A stretch of 64,000 nt of DNA from positions 27,873-91,872 of the forward strand of contig JBEKYR010000017.1 in assembly GCA_049510745.1 (NCBI GenBank). Reading direction: 5' to 3'. How positions within the stretch are numbered: the first letter of the stretch is position 1; every line of letters begins with the position of its first letter. The DNA is from Verrucomicrobiota bacterium. Its GTDB lineage: Bacteria; Verrucomicrobiota; Verrucomicrobiia; Limisphaerales; Palsa-1400. The notes below the pieces were generated by a model, which was given only the letters and a program-made list of their open reading frames with translations, ran no database searches and was not told the origin of the DNA. This document shows positions 1-10,176 of the stretch, piece by piece. Made by a program: the position numbers and the translations under genes.

Positions 1-1121
1 AACAGCCACAGCACCGTGATCAGCGCGCTGATGCCGACGATGGGCCAGAAATCTCCCCGCACCAGCGCCCAGCCGCGGCGCAGGCAACTGCCGATGTGCA
101 ATTCGTAATCACGCGCCAGAATTTCCCGGGCCAGCGCCTCGCCACTCGGCGACGGCGCGGAAGGCCCGGTGCTGGCGATCGTTTCCACCGCCGTTTTCAC
201 CTGGCTGGCATGCTGGTAGCGGCGTTCTGGATCCTTTTCCAGAGCACGGAGCACCACGTCGTCCAGGCGCACGTCCACCGTCACTTTGCAGGACGAGGGC
301 GGGGCGAATTTCCCCAGCGGCAACTCCCCCGTCAGCATTTCATAGAAGACCACACCCAAAGAATAAATGTCCGCGCGATGATCCACCGTCGTCGGCTTCT
401 CCAATTGCTCCGGCGCCATGTAATGCGGCGTGCCGAGGGCGCCCTTGGTTTCGGTGATGGCAGCGTCCTGCTCGCGGCCCAGGATTTTCGCGATCCCAAA
501 ATCGGCGATCTTCACCCGGCCCTTTTTGTCCACCAAAATATTTTCCGGCTTGATGTCGCGATGCACGATGCCTTCGTCATGGGCGAACTGCAGCGCCTCG
601 CAAATCTGCGGAACAATCTGGAGCGCCTCGCGCGGAGAAAGTCTGCCGGCCTGCTCCAACTCCCGCAGGTTCAGTCCGTCCACGAATTCCATGATGAAGA
701 ACGGCAGGCCGTTCGCCTGGCCGAATTCGTGGACGGCCACGATATTGGGATGAGTCAGCCTGGCCAGCGCGCGGGCTTCGCGATTGAATCGCTCGACAAA
801 GCCGGGGCCGCCCGCTGTCTGCGGCGGCAGAATCTTCAGCGCGACGACGCGGTCGAGCGCCGGCTGGCGCGCTTTATAGACCGCGCCCATGCCGCCCTTG
901 CCGATAAACGCGAGAATTTCCAGTTGCGGAAACAGTCGAGCCACCTCCTCGATGCCTGGCGGCTGAAACGGCCCGGCTTCCGGCGGCGGCGCCGTATCCG
1001 CCGCGGCCCCCTGTTTGAGCAGGCAGGCAGGGCAAAGCCCCGCCAGCACACCCGACGGCAGCGGTGCTCCGCATTGCGGACATTTGCTTTCCATATTCTG
1101 GTTCGCTTCGGCTTCACTCAT
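1..1121 (-). CDS. Hanks-type Ser/Thr protein kinase with N-terminal Zn-ribbon (CPQC..CPAC) and C-terminal membrane region; runs off the left edge
   Basis: Minus-strand translation: MSEAEANQNMESKCPQCG...IGKGGMGAVYKA...VALK...HRDIKPENIL...KIADFGIAK...GTPHYMAPEQ. AGGAGG RBS precedes the ATG at 1121. Missing from the ORF track because it is open-ended. Confidence 0.93.
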   Translation of the reverse strand, partial: MSEAEANQNMESKCPQCGAPLPSGVLAGLCPACLLKQGAAADTAPPPEAGPFQPPGIEEVARLFPQLEILAFIGKGGMGAVYKARQPALDRVVALKILPPQTAGGPGFVERFNREARALARLTHPNIVAVHEFGQANGLPFFIMEFVDGLNLRELEQAGRLSPREALQIVPQICEALQFAHDEGIVHRDIKPENILVDKKGRVKIADFGIAKILGREQDAAITETKGALGTPHYMAPEQLEKPTTVDHRADIYSLGVVFYEMLTGELPLGKFAPPSSCKVTVDVRLDDVVLRALEKDPERRYQHASQVKTAVETIASTGPSAPSPSGEALAREILARDYELHIGSCLRRGWALVRGDFWPIVGISALITVLWL

Positions 1122-1286
1122 ACACCCTCCTCCTAAGCGAATCCCGGAAAATGTTACATGAATAACGCGAAGTTTGCGCGTGGATTACGGCGGTTACAGC
1201 CCTGCGCGGATGAAAGGAATTGAATTCGAGTGCCAAGTCGAAATCAAAGTGACTGAGTGCTCCATTGCGCTGTCACCGCGCTGTAA

Positions 1287-4200
1287 CTACGGAGCACCCG
1301 CAAGCGACACTCGGCGCAGGCACCCATTATACTGCGCCCAGACGCAACCGCCCCCAATCTGAATCTGATCAACAACGTTAGCCGGGATGTAGGCGAATTT
1401 GCGAATCTGGTTTTGCTTTGCATCCACCAGAGCAATGTAACCGAGACCGCCCACCCACAGATCCTCGCCGTCCACGGCGATGGCACTGACCTGTTCGGCC
1501 GGAAGGCCCTCATCGCAATCCAGACTTGCCCATTGGCCCGTTTGAGAATCCAGAATCCGGACTCCAAGCGGGCCGGGGTCGGAATGGGGGTCTCGGGGCT
1601 CCCGCGAGGTTTGGCCGACAAACAGTTTCGCGCCGCGGATGACGAGACATCTGCCCACCATGGGAGTTGCCTCCCAGAGATTCTGCCGGCTTTGGAAACG
1701 ACGCACCGCGGTTTGCTCGTCCAGAAACCAGACCACCCCGCTGGCGCCTGCCGCAATCGCCCAGACCACACGACGCGTGGGATTTGCCGGCGATTCCTTC
1801 ACCCTGTTGCCAGATAAAACTTCTTGAGCCTCGCCGCCCTCGGCCAAGGAAGGTTGGAAAGACATAAAATGATTTGAGACGAAATCCAAATAGCCAACGC
1901 CTCCGCCGGGAGCAATCCCCATCTGACCCGGACCAAGTTGACCCTTGTGACCGTATCCGATCCACAGTTGATTCTCAGCAAGGCTCAAACAGGAAATGGC
2001 ATTCATCAACAGACCGTCCTCGACGGTAAAACGGCGGCAACGATGATTCTCTTTGTCAAATTCGATCAACCCGTCGCCGCCGGTTGCGATCCAGATGTTG
2101 GAGGAAGAGAGACAAAGTGCGTGGATGGGCGTGGAGGCGTCCTTGGGCAACGACACGGAGAAACTTGTTTTCAGATTCCAGTCCAGATGAAAAAGCCGCT
2201 GGCCCGACCCAAGCCACAATCCGTCAACGTCCGCTGCAAAAGCTGAAGAAAGGCCCATTTTAACGGCACTCCCGCCGACTTCAAATTCCCTCGGATCATG
2301 GACAGCCGGCAGGCCAAGTTTCTCACGGCACTCGTTGGCTTCTTTGCCGGTTTGCACGGGTGGGCGCATCTTCAAGGGCTTGTTCGAGAAACTTTGAAAA
2401 ATGGCCAGTGCGTCCTTCCACCGCTCTGCTCCTTTATAAGCAAACGCCAGCGTAGTCTCATCTTCGTAATTGAAAGAATTGAAAGGGTAGGTTTTGGCGT
2501 TTTTCTTGGCAATCCGGCATCCCTCCATGAATTTTACCGCGTCGGAATACAGCTTGTGTTCGCAAAGCCAGTCAAAGGCTGAAGACCTGGCCACTTCCCA
2601 AAACTGATCGATCTGGGCGATTTCCGCAGGGTGTTCAATGCACCGATCCAAGACCTTTCGGAATTCCTCCAATACCGGGGTATTGGTGTCGGTCTGACGA
2701 GCCAACACGGCCGCGACGAGGTGGGGACTCAAATTGGAAACCGCGCTCTCCATTTGTGGCAGCAGTGCCGCCAGACGTTGGGCGCCGGCGTTCGTCTTGG
2801 CGCCAAACGCTTCCATGAAATCATCCAGGCCGTTCCTCCACGTGCCATCCCAATATCCGTTCGGATCCCTCCGAAGGGCATCCATCAACCGTTTTTCCGC
2901 AAGTTCACCGACCTTTGTTCCTTCACCCTGAAGAATCGCGGCGTCCAACGCGGCCGGTTCAGCTTGCTGCCGGTAAAAAGCTCGCGCGGCGGGGTGGGTG
3001 GTCGCTTCCGCCGCCGAGGCAAACCACCGGGCTATTTCGTCCGGTCCGTGCCACCGAAAAGAAGCGACGAGCGCCCGTTGCGCAAGGCCGGTCCGCTCAT
3101 CCTGTATCGGCGCTTCGATAATCTGCCGATAAAAATCTCTTGCTTCGTCCACGCGCCCGATTTCTCGTTTGCGAAAACACGCCGCCAGATACAGCTTCGC
3201 CTCGCGATTCGTCGGATCGAGAAGCAGCACGGTTTCAAAGGCGCGAATCGCCTGTTGTTCATTGTGACGGCGTCTGCCGATTTCCTGTTCGTCGAGGTTT
3301 TCATACGATTCCGGCACGGTCAAATTGGAATCCTCAGTGATATGCTGAACCAGATGGGCCAGTTGCCTGCCCATGCCCATTTGCGCCCGCACCTCGCTCA
3401 ACCGGGTCGGCATCACCCAGGGTTTGGCTTCCTTCAAGCGGGCATCGATCGCGAGCTTAACCTGCTGAAAAAGCGCCTCGCCCGGTTCTCCCCGAAGAAC
3501 GGGTTGCGACTGGGACCAAGGTCCGAGAATCCCCGAGATGCCAAGCGCCAGTTCCACTTCAGGGGTGGAATTCCCCACCGACTGATAACTGCCCTCCACG
3601 AGCCAATAAGAAAACTGCACCGGCTGCGGCGCATTCGTGCCGCCCTCGTCTGGCAACCCGGCCAAATCGAGGCATACTTCCTGAAACAAGGTGTCCGCAG
3701 CCTCGCGTTCCAAAAGTGTCACGCCTGATTTCTGGTAAGCCGCCGTCAAGTACGACCGCAACTGGTTTGGAAAACCTGCCTGCCGATTGTTGAGGCTCAA
3801 ATCCTCAAACCCGCCAATGGCCAGAAAATTCCTGAGCTTTGGATGCGCGGCATTCTGCCGGCTTTGTCCGACAAACGCCGCAATGGCCGCCGCCAGTTGC
3901 ATGGTCGTCTCATTGGCGGGAACGACTTGCGCGTCCCTCAAAATGCCGGTGCGCGCATCCACCACCCTGACCAGGACCACGGCATTGGTGCCGTTGATCT
4001 TCGACTCCGTGCCGAGCAAAAACCAATCGGCTTTCAACAGCTTGCCGGCACGCACCGCGTCCTTTGCCCGCACCAGGCCAGACAGGCTTAAACTCAACTC
4101 CCGCAGCACGGCATCCAAAGACTGCCTTTCCACGAGGGTCAATCCCGGCGCGCCGGTCAAATCGGCCAGCACCAGATCGCCGAGCCTGCGATCCTGCTCC

Positions 4201-4436
4201 TCGTTGCTCATGCCAAGACTGCCAATGGCCAGGCGGACCGGGTGGCGCAAATCCATCACCATCGGAACCGCCGTGACCGATGCCGTGGGCGTCGCCCGCC
4301 CCAGTTTTATGGCGGCTGCGACAAGGTCCTCGTTCGTGACAGGACCGGGAAGCGAGCGGTCGCGGCCCAGCCATAAAGCGGCAAGCACTCCGGCAAGCAA
4401 TACTCCAGCCATCCAGTAAATCAGGCGCTTATTCAT
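1287..4436 (-). CDS. Large membrane-anchored or exported protein: two CsgG/FlgO-like domains, TPR region, C-terminal beta-propeller
   Basis: N-terminal hydrophobic helix; LVERQSLDAVLRELSL..AGKLLKADWFLLG and a second LLEREAADTLFQE..YWLVEGSY repeat; TPR-like AIRAFETVLLLDPTNREAKLYLA; propeller-like WIATGGDGLIEFD..FTVEDGL and LWVGG blades. Confidence 0.7.
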   Translation of the reverse strand: MNKRLIYWMAGVLLAGVLAALWLGRDRSLPGPVTNEDLVAAAIKLGRATPTASVTAVPMVMDLRHPVRLAIGSLGMSNEEQDRRLGDLVLADLTGAPGLTLVERQSLDAVLRELSLSLSGLVRAKDAVRAGKLLKADWFLLGTESKINGTNAVVLVRVVDARTGILRDAQVVPANETTMQLAAAIAAFVGQSRQNAAHPKLRNFLAIGGFEDLSLNNRQAGFPNQLRSYLTAAYQKSGVTLLEREAADTLFQEVCLDLAGLPDEGGTNAPQPVQFSYWLVEGSYQSVGNSTPEVELALGISGILGPWSQSQPVLRGEPGEALFQQVKLAIDARLKEAKPWVMPTRLSEVRAQMGMGRQLAHLVQHITEDSNLTVPESYENLDEQEIGRRRHNEQQAIRAFETVLLLDPTNREAKLYLAACFRKREIGRVDEARDFYRQIIEAPIQDERTGLAQRALVASFRWHGPDEIARWFASAAEATTHPAARAFYRQQAEPAALDAAILQGEGTKVGELAEKRLMDALRRDPNGYWDGTWRNGLDDFMEAFGAKTNAGAQRLAALLPQMESAVSNLSPHLVAAVLARQTDTNTPVLEEFRKVLDRCIEHPAEIAQIDQFWEVARSSAFDWLCEHKLYSDAVKFMEGCRIAKKNAKTYPFNSFNYEDETTLAFAYKGAERWKDALAIFQSFSNKPLKMRPPVQTGKEANECREKLGLPAVHDPREFEVGGSAVKMGLSSAFAADVDGLWLGSGQRLFHLDWNLKTSFSVSLPKDASTPIHALCLSSSNIWIATGGDGLIEFDKENHRCRRFTVEDGLLMNAISCLSLAENQLWIGYGHKGQLGPGQMGIAPGGGVGYLDFVSNHFMSFQPSLAEGGEAQEVLSGNRVKESPANPTRRVVWAIAAGASGVVWFLDEQTAVRRFQSRQNLWEATPMVGRCLVIRGAKLFVGQTSREPRDPHSDPGPLGVRILDSQTGQWASLDCDEGLPAEQVSAIAVDGEDLWVGGLGYIALVDAKQNQIRKFAYIPANVVDQIQIGGGCVWAQYNGCLRRVSLAGAP

Positions 4437-4679
4437 GGTGAAATGCGGCCCGGGCCGTGAGGATGCATCATTCGGCGACCGCCTTCCCGGCTCTTCTGAA
4501 TCCAGCCCTGTTCCTCATCCATTCCAGCCCCGCGGCATTTCTTTGACATGATAGGACAATCGCCGGCGACAAATCCTTTGAAGAAATTCGAGGCTTGAGC
4601 GCGACGCCTTGCGCGAGGGCGCCTGCCAGGCCCGCGCTTTTTGCCGTCCGAATGCGGAACTACGAACCTATCCGCAGGC

Positions 4680-5120
4680 TCATTTCTTTTTGGCGTCGTC
4701 GAGCTTGGCGATCATCGCCGACGGTCCCCCCTCCAGATAGCCCTCCTGCTGCCAGACCACCGTCCCGTCGGGTTTCATCACCACCAGCGTCGGGTAGCCG
4801 CCCACCTTGAACTTCTCCTGCAATGCTTTGTTGGCGGCCTTCAATGCGTCCGATTGGGCCTTCTTCGCCGGGAAATCCACCTCGACCAGGACCAGGTTCT
4901 TTTTGGCATAGGCCTCGAACTCCGGCTTGGAGAAAACCTCCGCGTCCAGCTTCTTGCACCAGCCGCACCAATCCGACCCGGTAAAGTCCAGCAGGACCAG
5001 TTTGCTCTCCTTTTGGGCCTGGGTTTTGGCGTCCGGCACGCTCGTCAGCCAGTTGCCCCCGGCCGCCGCCAGGTTCCCCGCCATCCAACAGGTCAAAAAA
5101 CAAAATATAATTCTTCTCAT
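4680..5120 (-). CDS. Exported thioredoxin-fold protein (thioredoxin_7/DsbD-gamma-like)
   Basis: Signal peptide, DFTGSDWCGWCKKL active site, GYPT cis-Pro loop. Confidence 0.9.
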   Translation of the reverse strand: MRRIIFCFLTCWMAGNLAAAGGNWLTSVPDAKTQAQKESKLVLLDFTGSDWCGWCKKLDAEVFSKPEFEAYAKKNLVLVEVDFPAKKAQSDALKAANKALQEKFKVGGYPTLVVMKPDGTVVWQQEGYLEGGPSAMIAKLDDAKKK

Positions 5121-5133
5121 GCAATTTCTTTAT

Positions 5134-6555
5134 TCAGACACAACGTGCCCCAGCTTCCGGCAATGCGCAACCCGAATTTTCCCCGTCCGCCGAATCCTCC
5201 CACGCGATCTCCCCGCCCACGATGGTCGCCCTGGCCTTGCCCTTCAAGCGCCAGCCGTCAAACGGGCTGTTGCGCGACTTGCTGGCCGACTCCTTCACGT
5301 CGTAAGTCCACTCCCGCTCCGTGTCGATGACCGTCACGTCGCCGTCCGCCCCGGCGCTCAAATGGCCCTTGTCGCGCAGGCGGAGCAAACGGGCCGGCGC
5401 GACCGTGAATTTGGCGATCACGTCCGAGAGCGGCATGAGCGTCGAATGATAAAGACGCATCAGCGAGAGGGGCAGTTCGGTCTCGAAACCGATGATGCCA
5501 AAGGGGGCGTAATCGAATTCGACTTCCTTTTCGTAATCGCAATGCGGGGCATGGTCGCTGCCGATGATTTCGATCGTTCCATCGGCCAGCCCCTCCAGCA
5601 GGGCTTCGCGGTCCTCCGCCGCGCGCAAGGGGGGGTTCATCTTGAAATTCGTGTCATAAGAAGGCCAGCGCGGCCGCTCCTCCGGCGCGCCCGGCAGCAG
5701 GTCCCGGCCGTCGCTTTCCCAGAATTTCTCGCTCCCGGCCAGCACCGTGTCCGTCAGCGTAAAATGGTGCGGACAGGCCTCGCCCGAAACGGGCACCCCG
5801 CGCTTTTTAGCCTCGCGCAGCAGGCGGACGCTGCCGGCCGAACTCAAATGCTGGCAATGCACCCGCGCGCCCGTCAATTCGGCCAGGAGGATGTTGCGCG
5901 CCACGATCATCTCCTCGCCGGAAGCCGGCCATCCGCGCAAGCCCAGCACCGCGCTCCAATAGCCCTCATGCACCACGCCGTCGGTCACAATCGAATAATC
6001 CTGGCAATGATCCATCACCGGCAGGTCGAACATCCGGGCGTATTCCAGCGCCCGGCGCATCAGCTCGTTGTTCTGCACGCAATGGCCGTCGTCGGTGATG
6101 GCGATCACGCCGGCGGATTTGAGCGAGCCGATGGGGGCCAGTTCCTCGCCGGCGATATTGCGCGTGATGGCGCCCGCCACAAAAACATTGATCCGGCTCT
6201 CGCGCGCCGCCCGCTCGTGGATCAGGGCCACCGTCCCGGCGTTGTCGATGGGCGGGGAAGTGTTGGGCATGCAGACGACCGAGGCAAAACCGCCGCGCGC
6301 CGCCGCCGCCGTGCCGGTGGCGATGGTTTCCTTGGCCGACTGCCCCGGCTGGCGCAGATGGGCGTGCAAATCGATCAACCCGGCGCACACCACACAGCCG
6401 GCGGCATCCAGCCGGCGGACGCCGGCGGGCGCGCGGGTGGCGAGGCCGGGGCCGACCGCGCTGATTTTTCCGTCGAGAATGAGGACATCGGCCACGGCAT
6501 CCAAGCGATTGGCAGGATCCAGCACGCGCCCCCCGGTGACGAGCAAGGAATTCAT
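5134..6555 (-). CDS. pyrC: Dihydroorotase
   Basis: GLIDLHAHLRQPG, VCMPNT, EACPHH, KMNPPLR, IGSDHAPH motifs; start placed at MNSLLVTGG. Confidence 0.93.
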   Translation of the reverse strand: MNSLLVTGGRVLDPANRLDAVADVLILDGKISAVGPGLATRAPAGVRRLDAAGCVVCAGLIDLHAHLRQPGQSAKETIATGTAAAARGGFASVVCMPNTSPPIDNAGTVALIHERAARESRINVFVAGAITRNIAGEELAPIGSLKSAGVIAITDDGHCVQNNELMRRALEYARMFDLPVMDHCQDYSIVTDGVVHEGYWSAVLGLRGWPASGEEMIVARNILLAELTGARVHCQHLSSAGSVRLLREAKKRGVPVSGEACPHHFTLTDTVLAGSEKFWESDGRDLLPGAPEERPRWPSYDTNFKMNPPLRAAEDREALLEGLADGTIEIIGSDHAPHCDYEKEVEFDYAPFGIIGFETELPLSLMRLYHSTLMPLSDVIAKFTVAPARLLRLRDKGHLSAGADGDVTVIDTEREWTYDVKESASKSRNSPFDGWRLKGKARATIVGGEIAWEDSADGENSGCALPEAGARCV

Positions 6556-6622
6556 CGGGACAGGAGCATACACAGGCGGGTTGACAACGCAAGCGCGCGC
6601 GCTACGATGTGGGGGCATGGTT

Positions 6623-6696
6623 GCGGGTGTAGTTCAATGGTAGAACGGGAGCCTTCCAAGCTCCACACGAGGGTTCGATTCCCTTCACCCGCTCCA
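6623..6696 (+). tRNA. tRNA-Gly (anticodon TCC)
   Basis: GCGGGTG acceptor pairs with CACCCGC; D arm GTTCAATGGTAGAAC; anticodon arm GGAGC-CTTCCAA-GCTCC; T arm GAGGG-TTCGATT-CCCTT; encoded CCA. Confidence 0.98.
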
Positions 6697-6786
6697 ACAG
6701 CCAAAAGCACTTACGCATATTTCATCGCTTTTGGTGTCAGTTTAATGCCAAACTTTCAATTATGGTGACGGACCAGTCCTAACACC

Positions 6787-6900
6787 GAAGTCAACGCCTA
6801 GCGCCTGCGCCTGAACAAAGAATTCGATGAGGCATTCGCCTCAACTCGATTGCCCCAAGGTCCGGATTACGCCTGGGCCAGTGAGTTTTTGCTGAAGGGC
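6787..6900 (+). pseudogene. Fragment resembling the C-terminus of a predicted nucleotidyltransferase (PF10127-like)
   Basis: Frame reads EVNA*RLRLNKEFDEAFASTRLPQGPDYAWASEFLLK, with TAG where Trp would fit; resemblance judged from memory of the family. Confidence 0.45.
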
Positions 6901-7020
6901 GGGGAAGAAAATGATCGAAAACCTTCCGACCGAGGAAAGACTTTTCTTTCCAAGCTCCAATTGTTCTGGTTAAATCGTGCCGGTACGATCAACGAACATT
7001 TTGCCTTTGTATTTTTCTGA

Positions 7021-10000
7021 ATGTCGCTGGAACTGATGCATGAAAAGCTGGGCTGGCCCTCGCCGAGCGAGGTTCGCAACCCGTCTGGCGAGGGCGCCCG
7101 CATCTTTGCGGAACTCGCTCATGCTAAAATTGGGACCGCGCTAACGGCGCGGGCTGGTACTCCGCCGCTAAAGGTGGGTGTTTTGGTGCGGAACTCATGT
7201 TCGACGGAAACGGAATCGCCGCTCGCCGTTGTCGCGGAATTTCAGGGCCACGCAAATGATCAGACACTACGAGAGCTTCATAGATTGGCGTGGAATTTTT
7301 CACATGCCCCGACTGTCGTCACTATTGAGCCAGACCAGTTGCGCGTCTGGACGTGTTGCGAACCGCCGGAATCGGATCGTTTCCTGACCGACTATATCGT
7401 TCACGAGGTTTCCGTGTCTGACTTGGGAAAAGCTCGCCAGAGCGAGGAAACAAAGCGAGCCGCACAAGTGCTGCATTGGGCAAATTTGGTTTCGGGCCAG
7501 TTTTTTCGCGACCAACCGCTGCGCTTCTGCCGGGATAAGCGTGCTGACCAGATGCTTCTCGACAACTTACGGCATGTGCGAGACGTCCTGCAAAAAGCCG
7601 GTCTGACCAACGATGACATCTGTCATGACCTCCTCGCGCGGGTCATTTTCGTGCAGTTTCTTTTCGACCGCAAAGACTCCTCTGGCAACTCCGCATTGAA
7701 CGCGAACAAATTGGCCAGTCTCCGCGAAACAAAGGTTCTTAAGGAACAGCATGAAGACTTTGCCAGCATTCTCGGCAACTACGATGATACCTATGAGTTG
7801 TTTGACTGGCTGAATGAACGATTCAACGGTGACTTGTTCCCCGGGAAAGGTGACACTAAACACGAACGCGAGCGCGCCTGGCTGGTGGAGAAAAACCACG
7901 TCAAACCGCGACATTTGGAAAAGCTTCGTGATTTTGTCAAAGGTGATTTGGACATGCCCAAGGATCAAGCGTGTCTATGGCCGATGTATTCGTTCGATAC
8001 AATTCCGTTGGAATTCATCAGCAGCATCTATGAAGCGTTCGTGACAGAACGCGCTCGAAGCGAAGGCATCTATTATACCCCTCCCCATTTGGTTGATTTC
8101 ATCCTCGACCGTGTGCTACCATGGGGTGGCGACCAGTGGGACTTGAAGGTCCTCGACCCAGCATGCGGCTCCGGGATTTTTTTGGTCAAAGCATTTCAAC
8201 GATTAATTCATCGCTGGAAAAACTCACACCCGAAAGAAAACATCCGTGCCGAAACGCTTCGCGGTCTTTTGGAAAAGAATCTATTCGGCGTTGATAAAGA
8301 CCCGCATGCTGTTCGGGTCGCGTCGTTCAGTCTCTACCTAGCTATGTGCGACGAGATTGACCCGAAACACTATTGGACGCAGGTCCAATTCCCTGCCATG
8401 CGACAACGGCGGTTGATAAACGCCGACTTCTTTGAGGAAACACACCAAGGCTTTCGCACAAAGAATGACGCTGCCACGTATGATCTCGTCATTGGAAACG
8501 CACCGTGGGGCGAGGAGTTGTTGACTGAGGCAGCGAGAGAATGGGCGAACGAGGAAACGCGAAAATGGCCGGTCGCGAATAAGGGCATCGGCACCCTATT
8601 TTTGCCAAAAGCGGCAGCGCTGACGAAACCTAGCGGATGTGTCTCAATGATTCAATCCGCGAGTTCACTCCTGTTCAATCGAAGCAGACCAGCTTGCGAG
8701 TTTCGGAAAAAGTTTTTCACGACGTTGCGGGTCGAAGAAGTCGTGAATTTGTCTGCCTTGCGATTCAAAGTGTTTAATCAGAAGACGCGCTCAACTCAGA
8801 AATCTGTCGCGCCTTCGTGTATCATCACATTTTCTCCGGAAGAAGCCTCCAAGGAGTGGAACGAATACTTTGCTTACATCAGCCCAAAGCTAGCCGAGGA
8901 TTTTGCCGAGGAGTTCGATATTCTAATCGAACCGATCGACGTCAAGCGAATGCAAATTGGGGATGCGTCCACTGATCCCGATATTTGGAGTGCCTTAATG
9001 TGGGGACAACCGCGGGATTGGCGTGTTGTGCGACGGCTGCGATTAGAATCTAATCTGGCCAAGTTGGAGGAAGATAATTGCGTTGCCTCGAAAGAAGGAA
9101 TTATTCGAGGCAAGAATCCAAAGCGACAGAAGGAATACACATGGTTGCTTCATCAACCGATAATCGAAACGGATACATTTCCTGGCGAATCGCTGGTATC
9201 AATCGAGGCAAAAGCCCTGCCCAAAAATGACAATCCAATCGCCGAACGGCCTCGCAAACCTGAAACGTTCAAAACGCCGCAATTGTTGATCAAACAGGGC
9301 TGGTCGGTCGATTCACGGCGTTTTCAAGCGCGGTTGGTTATTCCTGATGGCCTTGGTCGAGGGGTGATTTGTTCTCAGAGTTATCTTTCCATCAGAAGCC
9401 TCACTGCTGCTGAGGATGTGCTGCATGCAGCGTGTCTGAGCTGCAACAGTATATTGGCTGTCTACTTCATGCTTTTGACCAGCGGGCGATTTGCATCTTA
9501 TAGACCGGAAGCTCTTGCTGGCGAAATTCCGCGCATCCCCGTGCCGGCGCCTCAAAAGGGAATGCTCGATGGCATTCGAACTGTAGAGGAAATAGACAAT
9601 AGGATCCGTGAAGCATTCAATCTCAAAGATGCAGAATGGGTTCTCATCAAGGACCTGTTTGATGTTACGCTTGCAGATTTCAAAGGAGACGAGAATTCTC
9701 TCGGGCGTCGCCGTACACGACGCAGGGTGGGAGTGGGCGAAGAGCCTGATTTGCGTCGTTATTGCGAATACTTCATCCGTGTTCTGAAGGCTGGGTTCGG
9801 AGCAGATAAAGGAATCAGCGCAACGATTTTCCACGAAAACAGCAGATTGCCCTATCGCCTTGTCGCTTTTTATCTAAACAAAACGGCAAGCGAGCCGATT
9901 CGCATCAAGCTTCTTAATGCTCCAGAACTTTTAAGGGAACTGGCGATCTTGAACGCGACTTGGCTTGCTCAAAAGAAAACCAGAAATGGAAGCATTTACA

Positions 10001-10176
10001 GCCAGCGTGTCGCTCGAATCTACGACGAGAGCAACGGAACTCCGACGATCTACATTGTGAAACCAGACGCCTATCGTTACTGGACGCGCAGTATGGGGTT
10101 GCATGATGCGGATGAAGTTGCAGCCGAGTTGGGTCACTGGCATACGGAAGGTCAACGAGCAACAGCGCAAAAATGA
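7021..10176 (+). CDS. Large N6-adenine DNA methyltransferase with TRD (type IIG-like architecture), paralogue 1
   Basis: FNGDLF, IPLEFISSIYE, YYTPPHLVDFILD, motif I VLDPACGSGIFL, motif IV GNAPW; gamma-class order. Confidence 0.9.
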   Translation: MSLELMHEKLGWPSPSEVRNPSGEGARIFAELAHAKIGTALTARAGTPPLKVGVLVRNSCSTETESPLAVVAEFQGHANDQTLRELHRLAWNFSHAPTVVTIEPDQLRVWTCCEPPESDRFLTDYIVHEVSVSDLGKARQSEETKRAAQVLHWANLVSGQFFRDQPLRFCRDKRADQMLLDNLRHVRDVLQKAGLTNDDICHDLLARVIFVQFLFDRKDSSGNSALNANKLASLRETKVLKEQHEDFASILGNYDDTYELFDWLNERFNGDLFPGKGDTKHERERAWLVEKNHVKPRHLEKLRDFVKGDLDMPKDQACLWPMYSFDTIPLEFISSIYEAFVTERARSEGIYYTPPHLVDFILDRVLPWGGDQWDLKVLDPACGSGIFLVKAFQRLIHRWKNSHPKENIRAETLRGLLEKNLFGVDKDPHAVRVASFSLYLAMCDEIDPKHYWTQVQFPAMRQRRLINADFFEETHQGFRTKNDAATYDLVIGNAPWGEELLTEAAREWANEETRKWPVANKGIGTLFLPKAAALTKPSGCVSMIQSASSLLFNRSRPACEFRKKFFTTLRVEEVVNLSALRFKVFNQKTRSTQKSVAPSCIITFSPEEASKEWNEYFAYISPKLAEDFAEEFDILIEPIDVKRMQIGDASTDPDIWSALMWGQPRDWRVVRRLRLESNLAKLEEDNCVASKEGIIRGKNPKRQKEYTWLLHQPIIETDTFPGESLVSIEAKALPKNDNPIAERPRKPETFKTPQLLIKQGWSVDSRRFQARLVIPDGLGRGVICSQSYLSIRSLTAAEDVLHAACLSCNSILAVYFMLLTSGRFASYRPEALAGEIPRIPVPAPQKGMLDGIRTVEEIDNRIREAFNLKDAEWVLIKDLFDVTLADFKGDENSLGRRRTRRRVGVGEEPDLRRYCEYFIRVLKAGFGADKGISATIFHENSRLPYRLVAFYLNKTASEPIRIKLLNAPELLRELAILNATWLAQKKTRNGSIYSQRVARIYDESNGTPTIYIVKPDAYRYWTRSMGLHDADEVAAELGHWHTEGQRATAQK

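Noticed and set aside
96..1136. 346-aa plus-strand ORF
   Set aside because: Antisense shadow of the minus-strand Ser/Thr kinase, which carries all the catalytic motifs
6700..7020. Integrase for islet 1
   Set aside because: No tyrosine or serine recombinase motifs seen here or elsewhere in the window
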